DNA of 64,000 nt from Lama glama (taxonomy: Eukaryota), in contig CM052817.1 in NCBI GenBank assembly GCA_028534125.1, positions 105,960,001-106,024,000 of the forward strand. The letters are read 5' to 3'. The position numbers were made by a program, and so were the translations under genes. Positions 11,639-24,549 of this stretch are shown piece after piece (the first letter of the stretch is position 1; every line of letters begins with the position of its first letter). A model generated the notes under the pieces. It ran no database searches, had not been told where the DNA came from, and worked only from the letters and a program-made list of their open reading frames with translations.

Positions 11639-13438
11639 TTGTTGTTGTATTTAGTGACTGAATTTGTGTTTGATATGTTTTGTTCTATTTATGACTAAAT
11701 TTGTGTTCTTTGTCTAAATTGGAACAGTTACACAGCAGTCAGGACAGCGGGTAAGGTAGAATGGGGTTAACTGTCGCTACTGGACTTTCCATCTATGTGA
11801 ATATGCTCGATATTTTCATTCAGTTCTAAAATGGGGAATGAATAACTTAGAGTTTAATATTAATATAAATTGACAGACTATATTGACAAAGACAGGCCAT
11901 TAACATAAAAATGCTGTGCCATTTTTATTTATGTTGAAGGATAAGAATGAAAAAATGATAAATACCTTCTTTCTATCTGTGTGCTAAGTAGTTTTGTAAT
12001 GTCCAGAAACTGTCTGGTCTATTTGACCTTGAAGGAGAAAAATCAGATGTACTTATTTAGCCAAGGAGAAGCTGGAACTCCTACATATCTTTTAAATAAA
12101 ACCATCAGGTTCTGGTAATGTTTTATCATGTTTAGTGCTTGCACTTGGTCTGGTGTGAATACGGCCACGCTCTGCTTCCCAGAGCAGGCAAGCAGTGGTC
12201 GGCTTCAGGTCTCCTCTGAAGTTACTCATAAGCCTGAGTGAAAGAAAGAAAAAAGGAACGAAGCAAGTTGTTTTCTCTTCTCTTACGTATCTTTAGTGCA
12301 TTAAGACATTTCAGACAAAAACAATCCTTGAAGTTTAGCATCTCAGTGTGATCTTGAAAGATCAGAAGAATAGAGGCCAAGATTTAATTGCAAATACACA
12401 CACTTTATTTCTTCCAATATTCGTTTCTCCAAACCTGTCTCCAAGTCTGTGTCTAGTTTTGTTTTCCTCTGAGTCCTCAAAAAAACCTAAATAAATAAAT
12501 CATGACAGCAGAAAGTGAATTCTGATTAGGAAAAAGAGAGGGGCATAGTTTGCTGGGATGACTTGAGAATAACAAAAATGAAAGGAGATTCTCAGGAAGT
12601 AATACCGCATAATTTAAATATGACATAAATGACACAACAAAGAGAAAGCAGTATCTTGAGCATTCAATATTTTTTAAAAATCATAAATTAACTCTTTAAG
12701 AATGACTGTCTCCAACATGGTGACTTTAAAATCAAGTAGTAGGTGCTTGCTGTTCACTTGAAATACTATTTCTTCATTTCGGGCATTTTTCATCTACAAC
12801 ATGAGAAAATGCTCTGGCTGTTCTTTGGTCCAGCACAGGCAAATATGATGGCTGAGAGGTTTACCAGATGCTCTATGGACATCCTCTAATGATGGACACT
12901 GACATCTGCATTTGGAGCTAGATTTTGTATAATACATTGGAATTAAAATATCAAGCAATTTTCATCATACTGAAAAGAAATATTTAGAAAAAATCATACA
13001 TTTGACTGAGCAATGAAAAAATGACTTAAAATGTGGTGTCAATATTAGAAGTGTTCTTATAGTATTAATAGTTCAAAGTTTGGCAATGAGCAAGGCTTCT
13101 GGGTGGAAAAAAATCTGTCCTGACTATTGGGCTATATTATTTCACACTAAAATTTTCCATCCTTACAACGTTTTTATAGTCGGTGTACTTATGTAATGAT
13201 ACATAACACAGGATATATACGTATTTAAATTTCTTTATAAATATTTATATTTTATAAGTATTTCTATTTCTAGATATTACTTTTAAAATGCATATATTGT
13301 AAGATTGTGATAGACTAACCAGTGTCACCATATAGATTTTCATTATTTTTTTTTTCAGAGTTGGATTGTCATAATTATGTTTTAGGGTATTAATTTCTAT
13401 TGTAAACATATGTTTTTTTGGCTTATGACAAGCATTTA

Positions 13439-13955
13439 TGTAATAGGGAAGAACAAATCTGACTTCATGTTAGATCTGTTCCTTTGGCTGTAACCCTGTG
13501 CTGTTTCCTGGGCTCAGTCATGCTGGTTCTGCACCTTTTGTAAAAGGATGTTGCCTAGAGCCTGAAATAGACAGGAGAGCCCATCCTCAAGGCTCTGACC
13601 TTTAAGGGTGCAACACTTTCCTATCCATATAGAGATAAAAATTTGCAGAATAGAAAATAACACTTGTCTTGTTAGAGGTTAACAGGGACACCATGACCTA
13701 ACCTACATGGACAGCTACAAGAACAAAGAATTCCTACACCAAGAAATTTGCAACAACCAACCACACCCCTTCCCTTCTTAGTATAAAAGAAGCCTGCATT
13801 CTGATTGGAGAAGATGGTTCTCTAAGGCATTAGTCTGCCACCTTCTGGGTCTGCTGGCTTTCTAAATAAAGTCATTATTCCTTGCCCCAACACCTCATCT
13901 CCCAATTTATTGGCCTGTCATGTGGTGAGCAGAACGAGTTTTGACTTTAGTAACA
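13439..13955 (+). mobile_element. Solo ERV1-class LTR with 4-bp TSD
   Basis: TGTAA...TAACA termini with TSD TTTA (13435-13438 / 13956-13959). TATA 'gtataaaa' at ~13781 and AATAAA at ~13865. Confidence 0.9.
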
Positions 13956-14479
13956 TTTATAGGAATGAAAAAATCTTTTTCTTTCAAAGAATAATAGTGT
14001 GACTAACTGTCATACTGGGAATTTGAGTGTATGAAATTGTCTGGCCAACCCATGTAATAAGACTGAAGTGGACAGAATGGTGAGAGTAAAGGATTTTAAT
14101 ACTCAACTTATTTTATCATCAAAATTATAACTGTCCCTTCTTCACAATGCAGATAAGTGAGACTTTATCATTCTTAGCTCTGTAACTAAATATAAGTTGG
14201 AACATCAATTTTGAATTAAAAACAGGAAATCTTCTCTGAATTAAATAATTTGAACAGGCTACATAATATCAAAACTACCTGTTGAAATATGAAGACACAA
14301 TTTTTTTTTTTCAAAATGCTGTTTGCAACTGGGTTTTCTACCAAGGAATGGATGTCGCTGGACAGCTTGGGGGCAGCCATCTTCTGAAGTTGACTTGCAC
14401 TGCCTAGATCTGCCTGTCCAACAGAAAATCAGGATCATTTAATGGAGCCTACGAATGTGCATGTGCACTACATCATTCA

Positions 14480-14900
14480 CTTTTTAAAAAACTAATAGAC
14501 TATTTTTTAGGGTAGTTTTAAGTTCATAGAAAAATTAATTGTAAAGTACAGAGAGTTCCCATGTACCCTCTCCCCACCCATCGTTTCCCCTATTGGTAAC
14601 ATCCTGCATCACTCTAGTGATTCTCACAATTGATGAACCGGTCCTGACACACTATTATTAACTAAAGCCCATAGTTCTTAAGGTTCACTCTGTGTTGTGC
14701 AGGTCAATGGGTTTTGACAAAGGTATAATATGTATCCACCGTTACACTATCATAAAGTTGTTTCACTGCCCTAAAATTCTCCTGTACCCCTTCCATTCAC
14801 CACTCCCCCTCCCCCCTCCCATCCTGCTTTGCAATCACTAATCTTTTTATTTTCTACATAGTTTTGCCTTTTCCAGAGTGTCATGTAGTTGAAGTTGTAC
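14480..14900 (-). mobile_element. L1MC-like 3' end, apparently inserted into a MER5-like MITE (remnants ~14400-14465 and ~14910-14963)
   Basis: 'aaagtacagagagttcccatgtaccc...caattgatgaaccgg...actaaagcccatagtt' is an L1MC 3' UTR pattern. Downstream 'ccccagagattctgatgcac...aaccaatg' resembles the MER5A end. Confidence 0.75.
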
Positions 14901-15269
14901 AACAACGTACTTTGAAAGAAATCCCCAGAGATTCTGATGCACAGACAAGGATGGTAACCAATGGAGCAAGGAAACAAACAGACGAGCTGTCAGTTTCAAA
15001 AGCCCATGGCCGGTCTAGTTAGTGGAGACGTTGTTGACAGATGTCTGAGAAGACTGAATGTTGATGAAATGAGTAAACTCAGAATTCAATAAGCTGAATG
15101 GAATACTTAGGATAAAAAAACCTTCAATACACTTGAAGATTTAGTCTGCAGTGGGGCTAGAAAACTGATAGATGTCAAATGGGAAGACAGATGATTGACC
15201 ACAGATATGAATGTAGAGTAGGTTTCTGTCAAATATTAGAAATATAATACATCTGCCAAAATATATCTT

Positions 15270-15687
15270 TTTTTTAATTTTTATTTTTATTGAAGTGAAG
15301 TTGACTTACAATGTTAGTTTCAGATGTACAGCAAGCAATTCAGTTATACATACACATGTTTTCAGATTCTTTTGCATTATACGTTATTATAAGAAATTGA
15401 ATATAGTTCCCTGTGCCATACAGTAGGTCATTATTATTTATCTATTTTATATATAGTAATGTGTGTCAGTCCCAAACTCCTGACTACAGCTATATGGATG
15501 GACCTAGAGATTATCATGTTAAATGAAGTAAGTCAGACAGAGAAAGACAAATATCATATGATATAACTCATACATGGAATCTAGAAAAATATATATACAT
15601 TTTATTTCCAAACCAAAAATAGACTCGTGGACATAGAAAACAATCTACGGTTATCAAAGGGGAAAGGGCAGGTGAGGGATAAATCAG
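15270..15687 (-). mobile_element. L1 insertion with 5' inversion (twin-priming structure)
   Basis: Antisense 3' end with T-run (to ~15483) joined to a sense upstream L1 segment (~15485-15687). Flanked by a perfect 10-bp TSD aatatatctt (15260-15269 / 15688-15697). Confidence 0.9.
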
Positions 15688-16499
15688 AATATATCTTCTA
15701 AACATATCCCTGAGTTCACAGGGTGGGGCAGAAGGTGGGGGGAGGTTGGGGGCGGGGACTAATACGCACAAATGAGATACTGAAATTCCCTAATGTGTCT
15801 CTAGAGAAGTGCTTAGTCTTGTGGGGTCTAACCTGAAGTCTCTTTACCACTGAGTGTTTTTAAGAGAGTTTTACTAAATGATTTTATTATAATAAAAACC
15901 TAAGCCTTAGTCTATACACTATATTTGCCCACCATAAAGCTCTACAATTTAAAGAAAATCAAGAGACTTTAAATAGAATCAGGATATATATTAATTCAAT
16001 GTGATAAAAATTGAACCATTTGCTGTTCAGAAATTTTGGTTGATAATACCTTTCAAAATGTGAATTTCACAGCAGGGAGGAGGAAAAAATGTTAAAAAGC
16101 TGTTCACAAATAAAAGAGCTATGTATGTAATATGCATTTTATTGCAAAGGAAAATGGCATTAAACACTAACCTAAAGGAGGGGTAATTAGTAGGAAAATT
16201 TCACCTATTTTAATCAATTGCATTTATTTTAAGATCTAGAAAATGAGAAGCTTCTGGAGTGGGTGGAGGAAGCTGTGACAACTAATGGTAGTCACTTTTC
16301 TTTTCCTTCCATAATTCATTCTCAGTTGAGCCTAAACCTGTAGTTTTCAGTAACACATTTAGGTTGAAAACAATTAAAATGAGGACTAAAATACCACACG
16401 GAAGTGAAATCGATAATATTTATGAACACACCACCTACTATAATCCTCATTTGTTTTTGTCCACGTTACCCCTCATTCCATTTTTTATAGACACTTTAC

Positions 16500-16915
16500 A
16501 TTTATTTTGAGGAATCCCACATTACACACAGATTTGGACAAATGCTGAATCAAGTTGCCTGCCCTCCATCTACGGAAAACAAAAGACTTCTTAGAGACTA
16601 TTTGAAGATGCGTTCTCTCACCCTCCAGGTACAGCAGAAGTGAAGGCACCTTCACATCCTCCTGGGACCCTGATCTTGGAAAGAGACTGAAGGTCACTTT
16701 CCCAGCAGCAGTGCCTACTGCACACTTCCCACAATGCAGTGCTCCTTTCTCACCTCCCGAGGTGCCTCAGTTGCTTCTAATTTCCAAATCTGATCTCTCA
16801 GCCTTATCACTGGCTTCCAGGATTTTTAATAGACTTACAGTAAAATTCAATTTGTTAAAGTAGCCAGAATCACAATTTTAAATGCTTGCAAAGAAATCAT
16901 CCAAATGGATATACA
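16500..16915 (+). mobile_element. Possible old ERVL-class LTR (LTR33/LTR16-like)
   Basis: The 3' end 'gttaaagtagccagaatc...tgcttgcaaagaaatcatccaaatggatataca' resembles old ERVL LTR termini. The 5' boundary is uncertain. Confidence 0.4.
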
Positions 16916-17375
16916 GCTGTGTCACAAACTCTCCGCTTATGCGCAGTGAGAAATGCCACTTGACATCCCCCAACCCCACAACATATTTACTGATGTAACA
17001 GGGGAAAAAGAGGCTATCTTTTGTATGCAATATTTCAAAGTGAAATTTGGTGTGCAAATTACCTATTTTTGTTTAATAGGAATTATTTCCCATGATGCAA
17101 GATCAGCTAAAGAGGGAAGGAGACTGAATGGAATAATGATCTAAGAAAGCAGATTTCGTATTATCAAGGGGTATTAAGGATGCATCAAAGTTCCCAACAA
17201 TAACAATAAGTAAATAATAACAATAAATAACAATAAATATCAAGGAATATTAGTGATAAATTGAGGTTCCCAATAATAACAATAAAATAGATAAATTTCA
17301 TTAATAAAATGAAACGGCTATTCTTTATCAATCAAAAAGCATTTATTATTATCTCTAAATTGTATATAAATTATT

Positions 17376-17554
17376 TATTTATTTTTTTACCATTTTTATT
17401 GATTTATAATCATTTTACAATGTCATGTCAAATTCCAGTGTTCAGCACAATTTTTCAGTCATACATGGACATATACACACTCATTGTCACATTTTCTTCT
17501 CTGTGAGCTTCCATAACATTTGTGTATATTTCCCTGTGCTATATGGTATAATCA
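17376..17554 (-). mobile_element. Short young L1 3' end with TSD
   Basis: T-rich tail then L1 3' UTR. 15-bp TSD tgtatataaattatt (17361-17375) / tgtatctaaatcatt (17555-17569) with 2 mismatches. Confidence 0.9.
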
Positions 17555-19179
17555 TGTATCTAAATCATTAATGAAGCCGTGAGCTACTCTGGAAAGTGTA
17601 CAGAAAGAACAGTCCTTGATGATGAAACATAAACAGGCAGTCAAGGATCTAACGTTTACAGCTTTACACAGATTCTCTCTTTTCTGCTATGAGACTGTCA
17701 AGGTCAGATAAATAACTTATGAATAATCAGCACTCTTAAATACCAACAATTAAAACATGTTGTTATAATAGTAACAATTAATAATTACACAAGTGGGATG
17801 CCTGTCTTCCATACATGTAACTTCTGCTATTTAACGGTAAGGCTAATTATATTATAAATGAAATCTTACTCTTATAACCTCATAAAATGTGTTTTATGAT
17901 TTGGGGGACGCTATGAAGTCCTCCCATTTTATTTCACCATCGTCCATCTCTCCTCTGTCCTTTTGCTCCTGAAGATACCTCAGATTTATCTACAATATCC
18001 CTCACGTTTTCTCTCTCTAGCTCATTGTCCTGGAAGGATGTTCCCACATTATCATTTTTTATTACACTGTATTTGAAATAAACATAAGCATGTATGTGTG
18101 AAATTCATCAAATTAAAAAGAATGTCTTCAATAGAATAAGAGACATCTTAAGGGGATTAAGAAAACTTTCTTTTTGGAGGAAGTGGTCAGAGAGATCACA
18201 GGCTTTATGTGGAACAGCATTGTGTTCAAAGTGGAAGGGAAAAGAGTCATTCCTTATGGCGGCGTGTAGTCCTAAGGAAAGCGTTGCCATGGTAAAGGCA
18301 AAGCTGTGTTCTGAGTGTGTTCAGATAAAAATGATGCTTGATATAAGATCGTGGGAAGTTTAACCACGAGACAAAGTTGCTTTTATTTCATAATGTGCTC
18401 AATGGAAATTTGCTTTATCCAAGTCTTCTTCTCTGCCTCCCCTTCTAGCCCAGTGGATGATGCTAATTAAACTCAAAGTGTTACTTTGACCTTCCTTATT
18501 CCCCAGCGAAAACCAGGAAAAAAGTGATGAAATAAAGAGATGCTCTCTGTGAAGGGAGGGGCAGTGTGTTGAACCATGCTGCTGAGGGGCTGCCCTCTGC
18601 TCCATGCCCTCCTGAAGAGGCATTCTGGAAAAGGCCATCTTCACACATTCTATATTTGTCCCAGTGCAGCAAAGGATGTATATCCTGAGAACACTGCAAG
18701 AAAATAATGAAATCGTTAGAAGCATAGATTAGGAGTGAATATGTGTGTGTGCATATTGTAACTTAACAAATGTCCCCACTGTCAAAGAAGTCTGAACCCA
18801 GAGTGACTATTCTGTGACTGTGCAAAATGTCAATCAAGTAATATGAACTGCTACCCACAAAACAGATTGTCTGTCCCATTGGATGACATCCAACCTCTTT
18901 TAATAGAAAATAAATCTCTTTTAATAGAATTAAACACATGAATGACCCTATTTCAGAAAGTCATGTTCATGAATATTTACATATCTCTGTATATAAATAA
19001 GTTGTTCATGTTCCAGTAATTCCAAGTAAATATGTGGCATTGCTTAAAAATTAATCTAATTTTATAATCATATCCCTGTTTCGCAGGTTTTTACCATAAA
19101 CTATTCAATGATGTTATTGTACATATTTTCCTATAATTAATTCTAAACTACCCAGAGTGGAGTGGGCACATAAAATCTT

Positions 19180-19290
19180 CTATTCACTCATTCATTCATA
19201 AAGTATTTTAGACCCTCTGTGCCAAGTACTGTCCTAGGAGTGACGGATACATGGTACATAAGACTAAGTACTGATCTTCATGGTGGCTTA
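19180..19290 (-). mobile_element. L2 3' end
   Basis: 'ttcactcattcattcataaagtatttt...tgtgccaagtactgtcctagg' is the antisense L2 tail. Confidence 0.75.
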
Positions 19291-19303
19291 ATTTATAAGC
19301 TTA

Positions 19304-19582
19304 TGTCTTTGTCTTTGTCATTTTGGGTTGCTATAACAAAATGCCACAGTCTCGGTGGCTTAAATGATAAACATGTATTTAGTCTGAAGGCTTGGAAGTT
19401 CAAGAGGAATGTGCTGGAAGATGTGGTATCTGGTGAGCACGCACTCTGGGTGTGCAGCTGGCGAGCTTCATGCCATAGTCTCAAGTGGTGGAGAGGGGAA
19501 CTCTGGCTTCTCATCCTCCTCTTCTAAGGGCACTAATTCTGTCATGGGACCTGCACCCTCACGACCTCACCCATTAAATCTG
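19304..19582 (-). mobile_element. MLT1A-like MaLR LTR (partial)
   Basis: 'gggttgctataacaaaatgccacagtctcggtggcttaaa...ggaagttcaaga...tctggtgag...aagggcactaattc...caccctcacgacctca'. Confidence 0.85.
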
Positions 19583-19641
19583 ATGATGTATAATTGTTCT
19601 TAGTTGTCTAGAGACAGACAAATACTATATAGTATGTCTTG

Positions 19642-19741
19642 NNNNNNNNNNNNNNNNNNNNNNNNNNNNNNNNNNNNNNNNNNNNNNNNNNNNNNNNNNN
19701 NNNNNNNNNNNNNNNNNNNNNNNNNNNNNNNNNNNNNNNNN
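19642..19741. other. Assembly gap (100 N)
   Basis: N-run. Confidence 1.
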
Positions 19742-20088
19742 AACCACTATATATATATATATGTATATATATATATAAATAGATTTTAAAAAAAACAAAT
19801 TTCTTCTGTCTGGCACAGGGAGTTATAGTCAATATCTTGTAATAACCTTTAATGAAAAAGAGTATGAAAATGAATATATGTATGTATATGCATGACTGGG
19901 ACATTATGCTGGACTCCAGAACTTGACACATTGTAACTGACTGTACTTCAACAAAAACTTGTTAAAATAAAAAGACAAGAAGAATTAGTTCTGGGGCTCT
20001 AACGTATAGCTTGGGGACTACAGTTAACAATATAGTATTGCACACCTGAAAGCTGCTGAGGGTACATTCTAAGTGGTCACAGCACACA

Positions 20089-20125
<37 letters not shown>

Positions 20126-20165
20126 AATTGAAATATATAATAAAATAAAATAAATATAGGAAAAG
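19742..20165 (+). mobile_element. Young L1 3' end (~19742-19970) followed by an older L1MA-type 3' fragment containing (CA)n
   Basis: 'cacagggagttatagtcaatatcttgtaataacc...acattgtaactgactgtacttcaa', then 'agttctggggctctaacgtatagc...actacagttaacaatatagtattg'. (CA)n at ~20083-20120. Confidence 0.85.
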
Positions 20166-21217
20166 AGAAAGTAAGAGATAAACTTCTTGGTCTGACTCCT
20201 GTGACTTCAGAGGGAGCCTGATGGGAGGTGATTCAAAGACCTCCAAGCTTCACATTTACACTTCCCACTTCAAATTTTTAGCTGCAACTTGGCTGCATTT
20301 TCAACGTGCACCATGGTACGAGTGAAGGAGCTGTCCAGTAGCTGGAGGCCAAAGTGAGATCAGCACCTGCTAGTCTTGATGGAAGGGACTAGGGGCCAGT
20401 GTCCTGCGGATGTCAGCCAAGCCAGAGAAGTCAATGCCAGTTGAAATATAAGATCCTAGGAAACTAGGCAATCCTCAGAGTTAAGGTGGGAAGAGGAAGA
20501 CAAAAAATCTGAATGAACTAAATATTGGTGAGAAACAAATAGACCTGTAAACCTTGATTTGCTTATTATTATCATCTGATTTCCGAGTTGAAGTGAGGAA
20601 ACACAGTGGCATTGCTAAATTAAATTATCTAGCTTGTGAACTCAATAAGAGCTCATGAACTAAGCAAAATTCCACTAAAGAACTAAAAATAGGGTAGGTA
20701 ATTTTGGGGAACACTTGATTTGATTGTGGATTATGTATCTGCCTCTACTCTGTTTTTCACAGTTTTCTCCAGGATTAATTTTGTCCTTTAAATTCTCCTT
20801 CCAATTCTCTTTCATTTGATTGCAGGAAGTCATTGCCCTCAAGTCTCATGATGCATTGGCTATAACATTCTCATTCTGCCTACTCCTCTCTAAAAATACT
20901 ATTTTCTGGACCTCTCTCACCCCTCGTCATAATTGCATTCACTCCATCAAAATTTACATGGTCTATGTGCCACTATTTCTGGCTTAGGAAAAAAATGTTA
21001 CCATCCATCAATTTAAAACCTGCCATATAAAGAATTATAAAGGAACCAGGGTTACTTAGCATGGAAAATTGTGGCCTTTAGATAGTTAGATGACAGTTAT
21101 TTTGAAGAAGAATTTGTTGAGGGTGACTTCAGTTGAAAATTGTGACATTATATAGTACTTCCTACGTAAATTGTTAACGAGTGTCATTAAAGCTACTTTA
21201 GAACTAAGCACATTGAA

Positions 21218-23716
21218 AAGCCCTCATCCAACACAGTTACCCTTGGCCACATGCAGTTAAGAGCGTATGAACTGTGGCTAACACAATAAGGATCGGGATT
21301 TTTAATTGATTTAGTATGTATTAATTTCCACTTCGATTTAAAAACTGAAGAAATAGGAAATATCACTCTACAAACACAAATGTACTATTTTGCTAGCACT
21401 ACATTTCACCCTAACTGTTGCATTGTGTATATCATAATTGTGTTGTAGTGTGAGTTAAGTGGTACTATGTACATTGTAATTTTAAATTAAATTACAATAC
21501 TTATGACATTAATTATAATTAAACAGTTTTCTAGTTGAAAATAAGAAGGTACACATATTGATTTTATAATAAAGTAATATTACTGATACCAAATGGGTTA
21601 AAGATGCAGAAGATGGAAAAGTAATTGAAAGAGTTCAAAAGATGTATGTTGTTAATTTTATAATAAGTGACAAATGCATTCACTAGGCTGAATAAAATGA
21701 AAAGCCTATATGTTTGTCACCTAAAATAAATTTACAGATAATAATGTTGACAAAAATGAGGCATATACATAATACTTAATTTGAAAAGAAAATTCTTCCT
21801 AAAGTTAAAAAATTGACAAAATTATTCACCTGAAATTAGAACTAAAAATTCAACAGACTTTAAAAAATCTTATTTAACAAGATCTGAGGTAATTTTGGCC
21901 AGCTGTCAGATGACTTTGTTCTTAAACAAAATGAAAGCTGTATTTAGATGGTGAGAAAATAAAATGAATTAGTAACTTATTTTAAGGAAATTGTGTTAGA
22001 GAATATACACTACACACAAAAAAATCATATTTTAACAAAGTGAAAGATCTTCACTTAAGCCACCAGTTATCTATATAATATAAAATCTTTCCAACAATAT
22101 TTATGAACATTAGATTCAATGCATTAAAGTTGAAAGTGCTTTAGTTCCAACTATGAGGTGGAAGAGACATTCCTTGCTTAAAACACCAGGTAAATATTTT
22201 CTCAAAATATTTGGAAAGTAAGAAAAAATGTTTCCAATTTGCAGCCTAAAAATCAAGCTCATGACAAAAATATTCTAAGTTCTATTGTGGTTGTCAAAAA
22301 AGAATCTCAACTAGATATGGAAAAATTATTTCTTACAATGGATGAGTCTTGTTATTTTAGGAAAAAAATCTAATTTATTGGAATTATAAAACAAGAAAAT
22401 GATAATTTTCTTATTATTATTACTGCATGATACATATTAATATATATATACCCAATTATTTGAATCAGATTCTATAGAAAATGGATGGATAAAGTTATTA
22501 ATGGCATTCAGTATATATATGCACATGCTGTGAAACATCACTGGTCCATATAACTGTTGAAAGAACTAGAAAAGAATGGATTCTATGATATTATATTCTG
22601 TGCCAGAGCTCACTGTCTGACTTGTAGAAGAATATCACGGTTATATTAACTCTAATTCTAGAATTTCTTGAACAAAGGAAATGCCTCCTATATATTCAGT
22701 AGTCAGGGGCCAACATTAGTTGTTATTTCTATGTCTTCATATCACACTGCAGATGTACAAGCCTCGTTTCAATTTCCCAGGAAAAGTACATTTTTTGTTG
22801 TTGTTGTTACTTATCTAGACAGTTACGTAATTTATGATGTCTGGGACAGAACTAGAATGTGGGAACACTTTCTAAAACAGTAAGAATTTACTGCATTAAT
22901 TCAGGCAGAGCCCTTCCTAATGCACAGCCAGCACAACTGCACACGTTCCACACTTATGAAGCCAAGCTTCCTGAACAAGCTAACAATTTGTATTGAAATC
23001 GAGTTTTCATAATGCATATCAATAATAATGACTTTGCCCATATTTCTAAATGGAGATCTGTGGACGATATTAATTGCAATCTACAGCATCATATGCAGTA
23101 GCTATAAAAACCACAAGAAAATGTAAGTACTTTGTCAATATTGATAAATTGGTAGTTTCTGTTCAATTCATTTGATAAACTCTACCTTTTATGCTAAGAA
23201 TACTCAGTTGTTAGAAGAGTCAATGAATTTCCTGAATTTGGACAGATATTTTAGAACTGATACGTTTCTCCTCCAAAGTCAAACCAGTTCTTGAAAAATG
23301 ATGAACCAGCTTTTTGAACATGGATCATTAAAGGAAAATGACGTTCTGTTACTTGATTGAGTTATTAGAAAATGCCTCTGTAAGTTTAGGAATACGGGAA
23401 TATGTATCTAATTTTTCAACTGAAATTTTATAAAAGCTAAATACAAATCAGGTGTCTCTTGGTGAAAATCTGTTTCCTTATTGAAATGTAATATAAATGG
23501 AAAATATATTCTGAATTTTAAAGTCTTACATTAAAAAAATGTAAAATATCAGTAATCTTACATTGCTTATCTGTTGAGATAATATTTAGAATTTATAGTT
23601 AAATAAACTCTATTATTGAAATTATTTTACCTGTTTCTTCTTATTTTTTATATAAGTCTTTATAAAAAGTTAAACCCATGTATGTGGCCTACATTATATT
23701 TTTCTTGACAACACTG
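21218..23716 (+). mobile_element. ~2.5 kb Charlie5-type hAT DNA transposon with decayed transposase
   Basis: MER3/MER33-like left end ('tccaacacagttacccttggccacatg...tgtggcta') and MER33-like right end ('tatgtggcctacattatatttttcttgacaacactg'). Residual hAT motifs FLTMDESC (22329-22352, cf. FSLALDES) and YCMIH (22421-22435, CxxH). No intact ORF. Confidence 0.8.
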
Positions 23717-23778
23717 TTACTTTTTATAGCAGTCACTTAATGATTATTTATGTTATCTTATAATTCATCTTTTTATTA

Positions 23779-23990
23779 AAGAGGCTTATAAACTGTGGTC
23801 TGTAGGACAAATTTGTTCCACAGTCTCTTTATGTGAATAGACTTTTATTGGAAAATTTACCCTTTTTTTAATGTATTGCCAATGGGCATTTTTACATTGT
23901 AATGGTATATCTGAGTTACTGAGTCAATGGTTGATTGAGCCATACAGACCGCAAATGCTAAAATATTTACTGCTTGACTCTTGACCCCTG
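23779..23990. mobile_element. MER58A-like hAT MITE, opposite orientation to the copy at 3653
   Basis: 'aaactgtggtctgtaggacaaatttg...ttttattggaa...aaatgctaaaatatttact...gacccctg'. Confidence 0.7.
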
Positions 23991-24549
23991 CCATAGAAGA
24001 TATATAGCATTTGTCTTCTGGGTATTTGGCCAATGGATGCTGAAATTTGAGGAGGGATTCAAGCACCAAAATGTTGAGCTGAATATTCCAAGACCCTGAA
24101 AGCTCGACGATGGCTGGGGGAGACGTCTTAGTGTGTGTTGGTTGTTGTTAATGTAGCAGTGCAGGAGAAGTATGCAAACTTCACTAAAATTCTGCAGAAT
24201 CAAAGAATGCTACAATTGGGAGAAACTGTGACTTTTGCAAGGATAAGACAGTGTGTTTTTTTCCCCCATCCATTCTACACGTTTTGTTCAGAATGTCAAA
24301 TTTAGAACCAGATTCATGCTAGTAGTAGAGTAGTAGTTTTAGTTAACCTCATAATTTACAATTGAATCTCATGATAAACTTATCAGGAAGTTTCCTACAT
24401 TCTAAAAAGTGACATCTAAAATTAGGTTGCCCTATGACCCCAGAAGCCATGGCTCCTGGAAAGGGGGCCTTGACATTATTTATATACTTTATGTTCTGTG
24501 TGGGCCTGAAAGTCAACTAGAAGTTCAAAAGTTGAAAACCATACATTTG

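Noticed and set aside
11100..11654. Longest ORFs in the track (also 30287-30862, 19604-19931)
   Set aside because: Artefacts of translating N-gaps.
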